Of a DNA stretch of 51,110 nt, positions 38,197 through 45,715 are shown one piece after another; positions within the stretch are counted from its first letter, which is position 1, and every line of letters begins with the position of its first letter. The DNA comes from a bacterium. Lineage in GTDB: Bacteria; Bacillota; Clostridia; Christensenellales; CAG-314. Below the pieces are notes generated by a model. The model was not told the origin of the DNA. It made no database searches and worked only from the letters and a program-made list of their open reading frames with translations. A program made the translations under genes and the position numbers. The DNA lies in NCBI GenBank assembly GCA_963619835.1, contig CAVEYD010000003.1:1-51110 (forward strand). The letters run 5' to 3'.

Positions 38197-39159
38197 ATGG
38201 CAAATTATGAGTTGATTTTTGATCTCGGAGCACAATATATATCTGCTGCGATGAAAAATGAAGGTTTTTTCGACAAAATTCCTACACAAGTTGCTTACGG
38301 TGGAGATAATAAACAAATTGTTGCCGTAGGTATTGATGCTGTACGCCTTGCAAATTCGCAAAACGTTAGGCTTGTCCGTCCAATTCTTGAGGGCGCTGTG
38401 ATAGATGCCGACGGTGTAAAAGCCTTAATTGGCTCTTTGCTCGATAGGCTTGTCGGTCATAAAATAAATGCTTTTAGTAAATACGTAGTTCGTTGTGTTT
38501 GTCCTTGTGGCATGATTAGCAACGACAAGAAGACAGTAGAAAGTATATTCTTGAGTTTGGGAGTTCGTTCGGTGTCTTTTGTCGAAGCCCCCGTTGCAGA
38601 TAGTTTTCAACTTTTTGAAGAGTTCCGTGCTCGTCAAGGTATAGTAGTAGATTTGGGGTTCGATTGTGCAGACTTTGCGATAGTATCGGGCAATACGATT
38701 ATTTCCGGATGTACCGTTTATTACAGCGGAAAACATTTGACCGAAATGATTGCCGAAAAAATTCGTCAAAAATATCTTATACAGCTTTCGTTTGATCAGG
38801 CAGAATATCTAAAAGTGCATTGTGCAAGCTTGTATCCAAACGACACAACAGTGGTTTCTGTGAGCGGGCAAAACACACAACACAACGTAAAAGAGACAAT
38901 AAACGTTTCGTCGAGAGAATTGTACGACACTATCGTAGAATTTGTTAAAAAGTACGTGACGATAATAAACAGCTTGTTGTCAACGTCAGCAGAACAACTT
39001 GCGCCCCTTCTCAAAACAGATGGTGTGCTCTTGTGCGGAGGTGGAGCAAAACTTGCCGGGATAGACTTGTTTTTGCAAAACGAATTAGGCATCCCTGTTC
39101 GTGTTGCCGAACATCCGGAGGAAGTAAGCGTAAACGGAATGATGAAATTCCATGCTTAA
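38197..39159 (+). CDS. MreB/Mbl-family actin-like protein, divergent (phosphate-binding motifs eroded)
   Basis: 320 aa, collinear with MreB: IFDLGAQYIS against DLGTANT; LVRPILEGAVID against LRPMKDGVIAD; VVDLGFDCAD against VDIGGGTTE; LCGGGAKL against LTGGGALL. Follows maf, as mreB does in Bacillus. Confidence 0.7.
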   Translation: MANYELIFDLGAQYISAAMKNEGFFDKIPTQVAYGGDNKQIVAVGIDAVRLANSQNVRLVRPILEGAVIDADGVKALIGSLLDRLVGHKINAFSKYVVRCVCPCGMISNDKKTVESIFLSLGVRSVSFVEAPVADSFQLFEEFRARQGIVVDLGFDCADFAIVSGNTIISGCTVYYSGKHLTEMIAEKIRQKYLIQLSFDQAEYLKVHCASLYPNDTTVVSVSGQNTQHNVKETINVSSRELYDTIVEFVKKYVTIINSLLSTSAEQLAPLLKTDGVLLCGGGAKLAGIDLFLQNELGIPVRVAEHPEEVSVNGMMKFHA

Positions 39160-39183
39160 TTTATCGAAATAAATAAAACGTGA

Positions 39184-39220
39184 AAAATCCAAAAAGAAAA
39201 AACTTTTTGGATTTTTTTTA
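39184..39220 (+). terminator. Rho-independent terminator
   Basis: AAAATCCAAAAAG-aaaaaa-CTTTTTGGATTTT followed by a T-run. Confidence 0.8.
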
Positions 39221-39240
39221 ATTCTTTTTCAAAAAAACAG

Positions 39241-39268
39241 TTGACAAACAGAAAAAGTGTGCTATAAT
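39241..39268 (+). promoter_or_regulatory. Sigma-A promoter (extended -10) of hsp20
   Basis: TTGACA (39241-39246), 16-nt spacer ending in TGC, TATAAT (39263-39268). Confidence 0.75.
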
Positions 39269-39269
39269 T

Positions 39270-39296
39270 TTAGCAGACAACAAAAGAGAGTGCTAA
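39270..39296 (+). promoter_or_regulatory. CIRCE operator (HrcA binding site)
   Basis: TTAGCAGAC-N9-GAGTGCTAA against the consensus TTAGCACTC-N9-GAGTGCTAA. The right arm is perfect and the left arm matches 7/9. It lies immediately downstream of the -10 box. Confidence 0.8.
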
Positions 39297-39378
39297 CAAA
39301 CAAACGACAAGATTGCTAAAGTAATCAAGTTTTGATTTTGCACAATCTTTTGGAATAACCACAAGGAGATATTTTATT

Positions 39379-39786
39379 ATGAAAAATTATATGACTCGCA
39401 GAAATAACAATGAATTTTGGGACAATACTTTTGACGATTTCTTCCGTCCGTTTTATGTAGACGAGGACAGCGCTTTGATGAAAACCGACATCAAGGAAAA
39501 CGAAGGTGAATACCTTTTGGATGTAGAGATGCCCGGCTTTAACAAAAACGACATTTCATTGAAGTTTGAAAATGGTTATCTTACTGTTTCCGCAAAAAAG
39601 GAAGATAAACAAGACGAAAAAACGCACTATCTTCGTAGAGAGCGTTCAGTAAGTTGTTCGCGTAGCTATTATATGGGCGACGTCGATCAAAAACTTATTA
39701 AAGCAAAATACGAAAATGGTGTATTGACGGTAGCTGTTCCTAAGGAAAAACCCGAAGAGAGCAATCACGTTATTACAATTGATTAA
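39379..39786 (+). CDS. hsp20: Small heat-shock protein, Hsp20/alpha-crystallin family
   Basis: 135 aa with TDIKENEGEYLLDVEMPGFNKNDISL and ENGVLTVAVPK. Confidence 0.93.
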   Translation: MKNYMTRRNNNEFWDNTFDDFFRPFYVDEDSALMKTDIKENEGEYLLDVEMPGFNKNDISLKFENGYLTVSAKKEDKQDEKTHYLRRERSVSCSRSYYMGDVDQKLIKAKYENGVLTVAVPKEKPEESNHVITID

Positions 39787-39846
39787 CTGACGATAATTAA
39801 AAGTTTTGTAAAAATCAAAATTTTTCATTTTTCGATTTCCTCTATA

Positions 39847-39884
39847 ACAAAGGTTCGCAAAGTTATTGCGGACCTTTGTTTTTA
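39847..39884 (+). terminator. Rho-independent terminator
   Basis: ACAAAGGTTCGC-9 nt-GCGGACCTTTGT followed by TTTTAT. Confidence 0.8.
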
Positions 39885-40063
39885 TGCTTTAAAAATTTTT
39901 ATATCACAAAGGAATTCTATTATTTTAACATATACAAATCGTTGACATAAACAATCATAAATATTGACAAAAGAATGTAAAATTATAAAAAAGTATTGAA
40001 TTTTTAGTAAAAATATAGTATATTCTAATTATAAAAACCTAATAAGAGTGGGGGAATATCAAT

Positions 40064-40912
40064 TTGAATAACAACATCGTTGCGCTAATTTACGACTTTG
40101 ATAATACGCTTGCTACAAAGGACATGCAGGAGTTTACGTTTATTCCTTCTTTGGGACTAACACCAAGCGAGTTTTGGCAGATGAGTGACGGACTTGCTCA
40201 CAAGCACAAGATGGACCACATTCTTTCGTATATGTATCTTATGGCCATGCAGGCAAGAGAAAAAGGTATAAAGTTGTCATCCGAAACTCTTCGTCAAATG
40301 GGCGAAGACGTTGAGTATTTCCCCGGAGTTGTGGATTGGTTTAAGCGTATAAACGACTATGGTAAAAGTTTAGGCTTGGAAGTAAGGCACTATATCATTT
40401 CATGCGGATTGAAACCGATGATAGAAGGCTGTCAAATCGGGAAGGAATTTTATAATATTTTTGCATGCGACTATGTTTATGATGAAAACGGTTGTGCCGT
40501 ATGGCCGGCAGTAGCAATAAATTATACAAGCAAAACACAATTTTTGTATCGCATCAACAAGGGCGTGGAAGACGTTGATGAACACAAAAAACTCAACATG
40601 TACATGCCTACAAACAAAAGAGTAGTTCCGTTTTCAAACATGATATACATTGGAGATGGGCTGACGGACGTTCCAAGCATGAAACTGACTCGTTCGCGCG
40701 GAGGGTATGCCGTAGGTGTTTACAGAAATCCGGAAGACGCAAGTTATCTTGTTGCAGAAGACAGAGTTGATTTTTATGTTAAATGTGATTACCGCGAAGG
40801 AAGCGAAATGGATTTTGCAATGAAATCTATATTGGATAAGATTCGTGCACAGTGTGTTTACGAAGAGTTGTCTTCGCAATCTTTTGCAGCGGTAGAAGCA
40901 ACAAAAAAATAA
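40064..40912 (+). CDS. HAD-superfamily hydrolase (phosphatase-like)
   Basis: 282 aa with a TTG start after GGGGGAA. Motif I IYDFDNTL and motif IV IGDGLTDVP. Candidate promoter TTGAAT-17-TATATT upstream. Confidence 0.75.
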   Translation: MNNNIVALIYDFDNTLATKDMQEFTFIPSLGLTPSEFWQMSDGLAHKHKMDHILSYMYLMAMQAREKGIKLSSETLRQMGEDVEYFPGVVDWFKRINDYGKSLGLEVRHYIISCGLKPMIEGCQIGKEFYNIFACDYVYDENGCAVWPAVAINYTSKTQFLYRINKGVEDVDEHKKLNMYMPTNKRVVPFSNMIYIGDGLTDVPSMKLTRSRGGYAVGVYRNPEDASYLVAEDRVDFYVKCDYREGSEMDFAMKSILDKIRAQCVYEELSSQSFAAVEATKK

Positions 40913-40954
40913 AAGTTAGCAACAACCATCCATAAAAATCGACATTTAACTATC

Positions 40955-40992
40955 ACAAGCCAACCCAAATCACAAGTTGGCTTGTATATTTT
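40955..40992 (+). terminator. Rho-independent terminator
   Basis: Perfect 10-bp stem ACAAGCCAAC/GTTGGCTTGT followed by ATATTTT. Confidence 0.7.
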
Positions 40993-41024
40993 GCAATTTT
41001 AAGCGCGCAATCGGTAAAAAAGTG

Positions 41025-41053
41025 TTGCAATTTTGGTTGGTATGAAGTATAAT
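41025..41053 (+). promoter_or_regulatory. Sigma-A promoter
   Basis: TTGCAA (41025-41030), 17-nt spacer, TATAAT (41048-41053). Confidence 0.65.
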
Positions 41054-41091
41054 TAAAATCTATGTAGTACCTACATAAGGAGTAGTATACA

Positions 41092-42471
41092 ATGTTAAAG
41101 AAAGTTAACAAAGTCGCAATAATCTTAGTACTTTTATGCTTGAGTATGTCGTTTGTTTTAACGGCATGCGATTCTTCAAAAGCGTTCAAGCCCGAAATTT
41201 CAATTCCGGCAAAGGCAACTGTTGAAAACAATGGTGGTGTTGCCGTTAAATATGGCGACTATATTTATTATGTAAACGGATATCAAAGCAGTACAGATGC
41301 AGCTAACACTTATGTAAACGAGATTCGCGTAGGCGAAATTGTTTGTGTTAAAGTGTCCGATTTAGAAAACCTAATTGAGCTTGGAACACGTACAAGTGAC
41401 GATAGTGTTGACATTGCTGAAGAAACACGTAAAGTTGCAAAGGTTGTTGTTCCCAATTATTATTACAGCGGAAACACCACATCTACAGAGCTTAACGGAA
41501 TTTATATTTTTAATGATCGTTTGTTTGTTCTTACTCCAAATGACAAACTTACTGCAGGCGGAGCAAAACTTACAAGTCAACTTTCGTTGAACAGTTATGC
41601 TTTGGATGGAAGCGACAAAAAAACACACTTTGTGTTTACTGACAATTCCACACAAATTTTGTTCTCACAAAACGGAGAAAATGTTTATGCTACCTACGTT
41701 GTAGGCAGCGCACTTAATGTTTTGGATGTTTTGAACGGAACAACTACACAAATTAACGAAAGCATCTCAAACTTAAAAATCGACTATGCCGGAAACGGTG
41801 TGTTCTACAACAATGAAGATGGTTCTATTTGTCACTATGTAGCAGGTAACGACGAAGTTGTGCTTGTTGAAAACAAGGATACAAAGGGACACGAAGGACA
41901 CAGCCACGTAACAAAAACAATTGCCCAAGTAAACAATGGTTATGTGTATTACACAAAAACCAACAGTGACGAAGGTACAGACAGTTCTTTGTATTACATC
42001 AAGGAAGGCGGAGAAGAAAAAGTTCTCGTTAACAATGTTCCGTCATCATACTTCTGCTACGAAAACAACATTGTTGTTGTAGACAGCAAAGAAATTGAAA
42101 GCAAAACATGCTACTCAATTTATGTAAACAGCGATGTAAACGGTGATGCATCAAGTAGAAAATACATCTTGGATTGGTATCAAAACGATCAATCAATCAC
42201 AATAAATAGTCTTCGCGGAAACATTCTTACCTATACTGCAAATTCCATTACTTACACGATTGATTTGACAAGTTTGACGGAAGTAGCACATGGTACGGCA
42301 ATCGCTAAAAGTTTATCCACAACGGCTACAGGATGGTCTGTTCCGGAAGTTTTGGACAGCTACACGTTTACGCTTGCAAGCGGATCGGTTTCGGTTGTAA
42401 AATTTGATAGCGAAAAATTAACAAATACAGCATCCGTTGCTATTACATTAGTTGAAGCTTCCGATAAATAA
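41092..42471 (+). CDS. Lipoprotein of unknown function, probably a beta-propeller-like repeat protein
   Basis: Lipobox LTAC. Recurrent Y-Y-x-N/T strands (DYIYYVNGY, GVFYNNEDG, GYVYYTKTN, SLYYIKEGG) suggest repeated blades. Confidence 0.55.
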   Translation: MLKKVNKVAIILVLLCLSMSFVLTACDSSKAFKPEISIPAKATVENNGGVAVKYGDYIYYVNGYQSSTDAANTYVNEIRVGEIVCVKVSDLENLIELGTRTSDDSVDIAEETRKVAKVVVPNYYYSGNTTSTELNGIYIFNDRLFVLTPNDKLTAGGAKLTSQLSLNSYALDGSDKKTHFVFTDNSTQILFSQNGENVYATYVVGSALNVLDVLNGTTTQINESISNLKIDYAGNGVFYNNEDGSICHYVAGNDEVVLVENKDTKGHEGHSHVTKTIAQVNNGYVYYTKTNSDEGTDSSLYYIKEGGEEKVLVNNVPSSYFCYENNIVVVDSKEIESKTCYSIYVNSDVNGDASSRKYILDWYQNDQSITINSLRGNILTYTANSITYTIDLTSLTEVAHGTAIAKSLSTTATGWSVPEVLDSYTFTLASGSVSVVKFDSEKLTNTASVAITLVEASDK

Positions 42472-42490
42472 AAAACTAAACAGTAAATTT

Positions 42491-42521
42491 AAAGGCTCCG
42501 TTTTCAAACGGAGCTTTTTTA
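42491..42521 (+). terminator. Rho-independent terminator
   Basis: GGCTCCGTT-ttca-AACGGAGC followed by T6. Confidence 0.85.
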
Positions 42522-42535
42522 AATATTTTAAATTA

Positions 42536-42564
42536 TTGACAACTTATCTAAACGGTTGTACTAT
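42536..42564 (+). promoter_or_regulatory. Sigma-A promoter of the cobalamin riboswitch leader
   Basis: TTGACA (42536-42541), 17-nt spacer, TACTAT (42559-42564). Confidence 0.7.
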
Positions 42565-42571
42565 ATTTACA

Positions 42572-42752
42572 CAATCAAATAAGCCGGTTTGACTTCGCAC
42601 GAATAGGAGCGGAGAACGTTTTTCGTTTGGGGAAACAATGTGAAAGCCATTGACAGTCCCGCTACGGTAAGAGCCATCAGCTACAAGCCCGAATGCCCAC
42701 AAGCCGAGTTTACGGAGCATTTCTTCGATGTAAAGAAAAGGCTCTGTTTTGT
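42572..42752 (+). promoter_or_regulatory. Cobalamin (B12) riboswitch with a terminator-type expression platform
   Basis: The core GGGGAAACAATGTGAAAGCCATTGACAGTCCCGCTACGGTAAGAG matches the conserved GGGAA..GUGAAA..CC..CAG.CCCGCUAC.GUAAG cobalamin core. A B12-box-like AAGCCCGAATGCCCAC is present. The hairpin GAGC-a-TTTCTT-cgatgta-AAGAAA-ag-GCTC is followed by TGTTTTGTT. Confidence 0.8.
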
Positions 42753-42876
42753 TGTGCATTTTTATGTTTTGTAAGTTGTCCGCAAACATTATTGCAAAAC
42801 AACTAAAGTGTGACGACAAATAAAGTCTTTTTCCATTGAAGTTCTGCGTGATTGAAAAAACAAAAGGAGAACAACA

Positions 42877-43374
42877 ATGACAAAATTCAACAAAAAACTT
42901 ATAGTTTTAGTAGCTATGTTTGTTGTCTTGTGTATGGTTTGTTTTGTTTCTTGCGAGGACGAGACACAAAACAAAGCGCTTAGTGGCACGTTGACAATTG
43001 TTGTCGGCGAGAAAGAATATGCCGTTGACCTTGCCCAAGCACAAATGTACCAAAACAACACAGTATTTGATGCTTTGGAATATCTCGCACAAAAAGATGC
43101 AAAAGACGATTCCAAGGCAGCAGAAGAAAAGTTTACCTATACCGGGACAATTAGCTCCTACGGAGCATTTATATCAACAATATACGGAATAACTCTCGGT
43201 GAAAAACAGTACATAGCTTTGTACGTTTCGGACATTCAATACAAGGACACGTCAGCCTACTGCTTAGCAGATAAAACTGTAAACGGAGTCACCTATTATT
43301 ACAGTGGAGTAGGTGTATCGTCAATTAAGCTTGCCGACGGATTAAAAGTTTTGTTTGTGGCGGAGTCTTACTGA
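42877..43374 (+). CDS. DUF4430-like lipoprotein (candidate extracellular cobalamin-binding protein)
   Basis: 165 aa with lipobox FVSC. The body pattern (SSYGAFISTIYGI...YYYSGVGVSSIKLADGLKVLFV) matches my recollection of DUF4430 (transcobalamin beta-domain-like). Directly downstream of the B12 riboswitch, with an AAAGGAGA RBS. Confidence 0.6.
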   Translation: MTKFNKKLIVLVAMFVVLCMVCFVSCEDETQNKALSGTLTIVVGEKEYAVDLAQAQMYQNNTVFDALEYLAQKDAKDDSKAAEEKFTYTGTISSYGAFISTIYGITLGEKQYIALYVSDIQYKDTSAYCLADKTVNGVTYYYSGVGVSSIKLADGLKVLFVAESY

Positions 43375-44005
43375 GTTGAGTAAAAGATTTGCAAAAAACA
43401 CTGCCATATATATTGCTCTTGTTGCCATGTTCTCAGCCATGCTTTTGGGTGGAAAAATGGCACTGGTGTCAATCCCGAATGTTGAGGTGGTAACAATAAT
43501 AACCGCAGTTTGCGCATACGTTTGGGGACTGTGGATTGCTATGCCCATGACAATAGTTGGCATTTTGGTGCAAATAGCAATTTTTGGTTTTAACACTTGG
43601 GTGCTTGAATATTTTATTCACTGGCCCATAGTATCTGTTTTGTTTGCGTTTCTTGGCAAAATTAAATTTAAAAACCGCGTAACCGAGGTTGTTGCGGCAA
43701 CGTCGGTTGCTGTTGTTATAACCGCCTTGTTTGGAGTTATGACTTCAATTGTTGATACACTTTTGGCGTTTTCGTCAACTGTTGGGTTCAAGATAGTTGT
43801 CGACGACTTTTGGCAAAGATTTGCAATTTTGTATGCGCGGGGAATAGTGTTTTTTGTAATACATGTTTGCTGTAATCTTGTTTTGTTTTCTACGGCATTT
43901 GTTCCTCTTTGTAACATAAACAGAAAAGCAAAAGTGAAATTTATGGCGGACATGATTGAGCAAACACAAGAAAATTCAAGTCAAGATGAAAAAGATAAAG
44001 AGTAA
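43355..44005 (+). CDS. ECF-transporter S-component-like membrane protein (candidate cobalamin-specific, CbrT-like)
   Basis: About 6 hydrophobic helices, small size, and a C-terminal hydrophilic tail. Overlaps or abuts the lipoprotein gene. The start is uncertain: GTG at 43355, or TTG at 43376. Confidence 0.55.
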   Translation: MWRSLTELSKRFAKNTAIYIALVAMFSAMLLGGKMALVSIPNVEVVTIITAVCAYVWGLWIAMPMTIVGILVQIAIFGFNTWVLEYFIHWPIVSVLFAFLGKIKFKNRVTEVVAATSVAVVITALFGVMTSIVDTLLAFSSTVGFKIVVDDFWQRFAILYARGIVFFVIHVCCNLVLFSTAFVPLCNINRKAKVKFMADMIEQTQENSSQDEKDKE

Positions 44006-44068
44006 TGCAAAAAACAAGTAAAAGACAATCAATATTTAATTTGATGTGATTGGCAACGTCGGTATTTG

Positions 44069-44097
44069 TTGACAAAAAATCACTCTTGCATTATACT
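44069..44097 (+). promoter_or_regulatory. Sigma-A promoter of proS
   Basis: TTGACA (44069-44074), 17-nt spacer, TATACT (44092-44097). Confidence 0.65.
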
Positions 44098-44177
44098 AAA
44101 AATTAAGTTGTTAGCTTAAAAAAATAAAAATTTTGCAATAAATGTTTGCGATCAGCAAAAATTGTTTTGGAGGAAAT

Positions 44178-45611
44178 ATGGCAGAAAAACAATTTGTTAA
44201 AGAAATTGCCGATATAAACTCAGATTTTACTCAATGGTACACTGACGTTGTGATTAAAACGCAACTGGTTGACTATGGTCCCATTAAAGGAACAATGGTA
44301 ATCAGACCTTATGGTTATGCTATTTGGGAAAACATTCAAAAGGAAATGGATGCCCGTTTTAAGGCAACGGGACACAGCAATGCGTACTTTCCGATGCTTA
44401 TTCCGGAAAGCCTACTTAAGAAGGAAGCCGAACACGTAGAAGGGTTTGCTCCCGAAGTTGCTTTGGTAACACATGCCGGCGGAGAAGAACTTGCCGAGCC
44501 GGTTGTAATTCGTCCTACAAGCGAAACAATTATTTGTAGTATGTATAGCAAGTGGATCAACAGTTATCGAGATTTGCCCCTAAAGCTCAACCAATGGGCA
44601 AATGTCGTTCGTTGGGAAAAAACTACTCGTCCGTTCCTTCGCACATCTGAGTTTTTGTGGCAAGAAGGGCATACAATTCACGCAACCAGAGATGAAGCTG
44701 TTGCAGAAACATTGCAAATGTTGCACTTGTATCAAGATTTTGCGCGCGAAGTTTTGGCAATGCCCACGTTTATTGGACAAAAAAGCGAAAAGGAAAAATT
44801 TGCCGGCGCCGAAGAAACCTACGGCATGGAAGCAATGATGCTTGACGGTAAGTCCTTGCAGGCAGGAACAAGCCATCACTTTGGACAAAAGTTTTCTCGT
44901 GCTTACGATATTCAATATTTGGACAAAGACGGCACGCACAAGTATGTTTGGCAAACAAGTTGGGGTACATCAACACGTCTTATAGGCGGTTTAATTATGG
45001 CTCACGGAGACCAACGCGGACTTGTTTTACCTCCTAAAGTTGCACCTATTCAAGTGGTTGTTATTCCTGTTGCCGCTCACAAACCCGGCGTTGTGGAAAA
45101 AGCAACTGAGATTGCCGAGCAACTAAAGGCAGCAGGGCTCAGAGTTCAACTAGACAATCGTGATCAATCTCCCGGATGGAAATTTAATGAATGGGAAATG
45201 AAGGGAGTTCCGGTTCGTCTTGAAATTGGTCCTCGTGACATCGAAAACGGAGTTGCAACTTATTCGCGTCGTGACACGCTTGAAAAAGCTACTATGTCAC
45301 TTGACAACATTGCAAGTCAAGTTTCGGCACTGCTTGACGAAATTCAAACACACATGTACAACAAAGCACTCGCATTTCGTGATGCTCATGTTCAATATGC
45401 GCACAACATGGACGAACTTGGAAAAGTTCTTGACGAAAAGTGTTTTGCAAAGGTTGTTTGGGACAAAGATCCTGCAACCGAAGCCGCTTTTAAAGAACGT
45501 TATCAAGCAACCGTACGTGTAATGTTGGATGAAAAGCCGTTTGATGAAGTTACAATAGACGGAAAAAAATCCGACAATTTAGTGGTTGCAATAGTTGCTC
45601 GGGCTTATTAA
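44178..45611 (+). CDS. proS: Prolyl-tRNA synthetase, archaeal/eukaryote-like type (no INS editing domain)
   Basis: The ATG at 44178 follows GGAGGA. 477 aa, N-terminus FTQWYTDVV..GTMVIRPYGYAIWE. Class II motifs are present and the protein ends in Tyr (..ARAY). The track start at 44142 was not used. Confidence 0.9.
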   Translation: MAEKQFVKEIADINSDFTQWYTDVVIKTQLVDYGPIKGTMVIRPYGYAIWENIQKEMDARFKATGHSNAYFPMLIPESLLKKEAEHVEGFAPEVALVTHAGGEELAEPVVIRPTSETIICSMYSKWINSYRDLPLKLNQWANVVRWEKTTRPFLRTSEFLWQEGHTIHATRDEAVAETLQMLHLYQDFAREVLAMPTFIGQKSEKEKFAGAEETYGMEAMMLDGKSLQAGTSHHFGQKFSRAYDIQYLDKDGTHKYVWQTSWGTSTRLIGGLIMAHGDQRGLVLPPKVAPIQVVVIPVAAHKPGVVEKATEIAEQLKAAGLRVQLDNRDQSPGWKFNEWEMKGVPVRLEIGPRDIENGVATYSRRDTLEKATMSLDNIASQVSALLDEIQTHMYNKALAFRDAHVQYAHNMDELGKVLDEKCFAKVVWDKDPATEAAFKERYQATVRVMLDEKPFDEVTIDGKKSDNLVVAIVARAY

Positions 45612-45613
45612 AA

Positions 45614-45651
45614 TAAAAAAAACACCTTGATAAAATCAAGGTGTTTTTTTG
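45614..45651 (+). terminator. Rho-independent terminator
   Basis: ACACCTTGAT-aaa-ATCAAGGTGT flanked by an A-run and T7. Confidence 0.9.
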
Positions 45652-45668
45652 TTTGTATATTACTATTG

Positions 45669-45697
45669 TTGCAAAAAAAACATAAAAATGCTACAAT
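45669..45697 (+). promoter_or_regulatory. Sigma-A promoter (extended -10)
   Basis: TTGCAA (45669-45674), 17-nt spacer ending in TGC, TACAAT (45692-45697). Confidence 0.7.
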
Positions 45698-45715
45698 TTG
45701 ATAAAAGGAGAAAGT

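Noticed and set aside
40953-41231. Minus-strand 92-aa ORF spanning the HAD terminator and the lipoprotein promoter and start.
   Set aside because: It covers a terminator hairpin, a TTGCAA-17-TATAAT promoter and the signal peptide of the + strand lipoprotein gene. It is not credible as coding.
42544-43115. Two minus-strand ORFs (42544-42819, 91 aa; 42789-43115, 108 aa) in the track.
   Set aside because: They lie antisense to the cobalamin riboswitch and to the 5' end of the riboswitch-controlled lipoprotein gene. They have no convincing RBS and have odd composition. The + strand promoter, riboswitch, terminator and RBS explain the sequence better.
44006-44177. Possible T-box leader upstream of proS.
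   Set aside because: The leader after the promoter is only about 75 nt. It has no AGAGA/GNUGGNA-type T-box sequence and no terminator/antiterminator pair.
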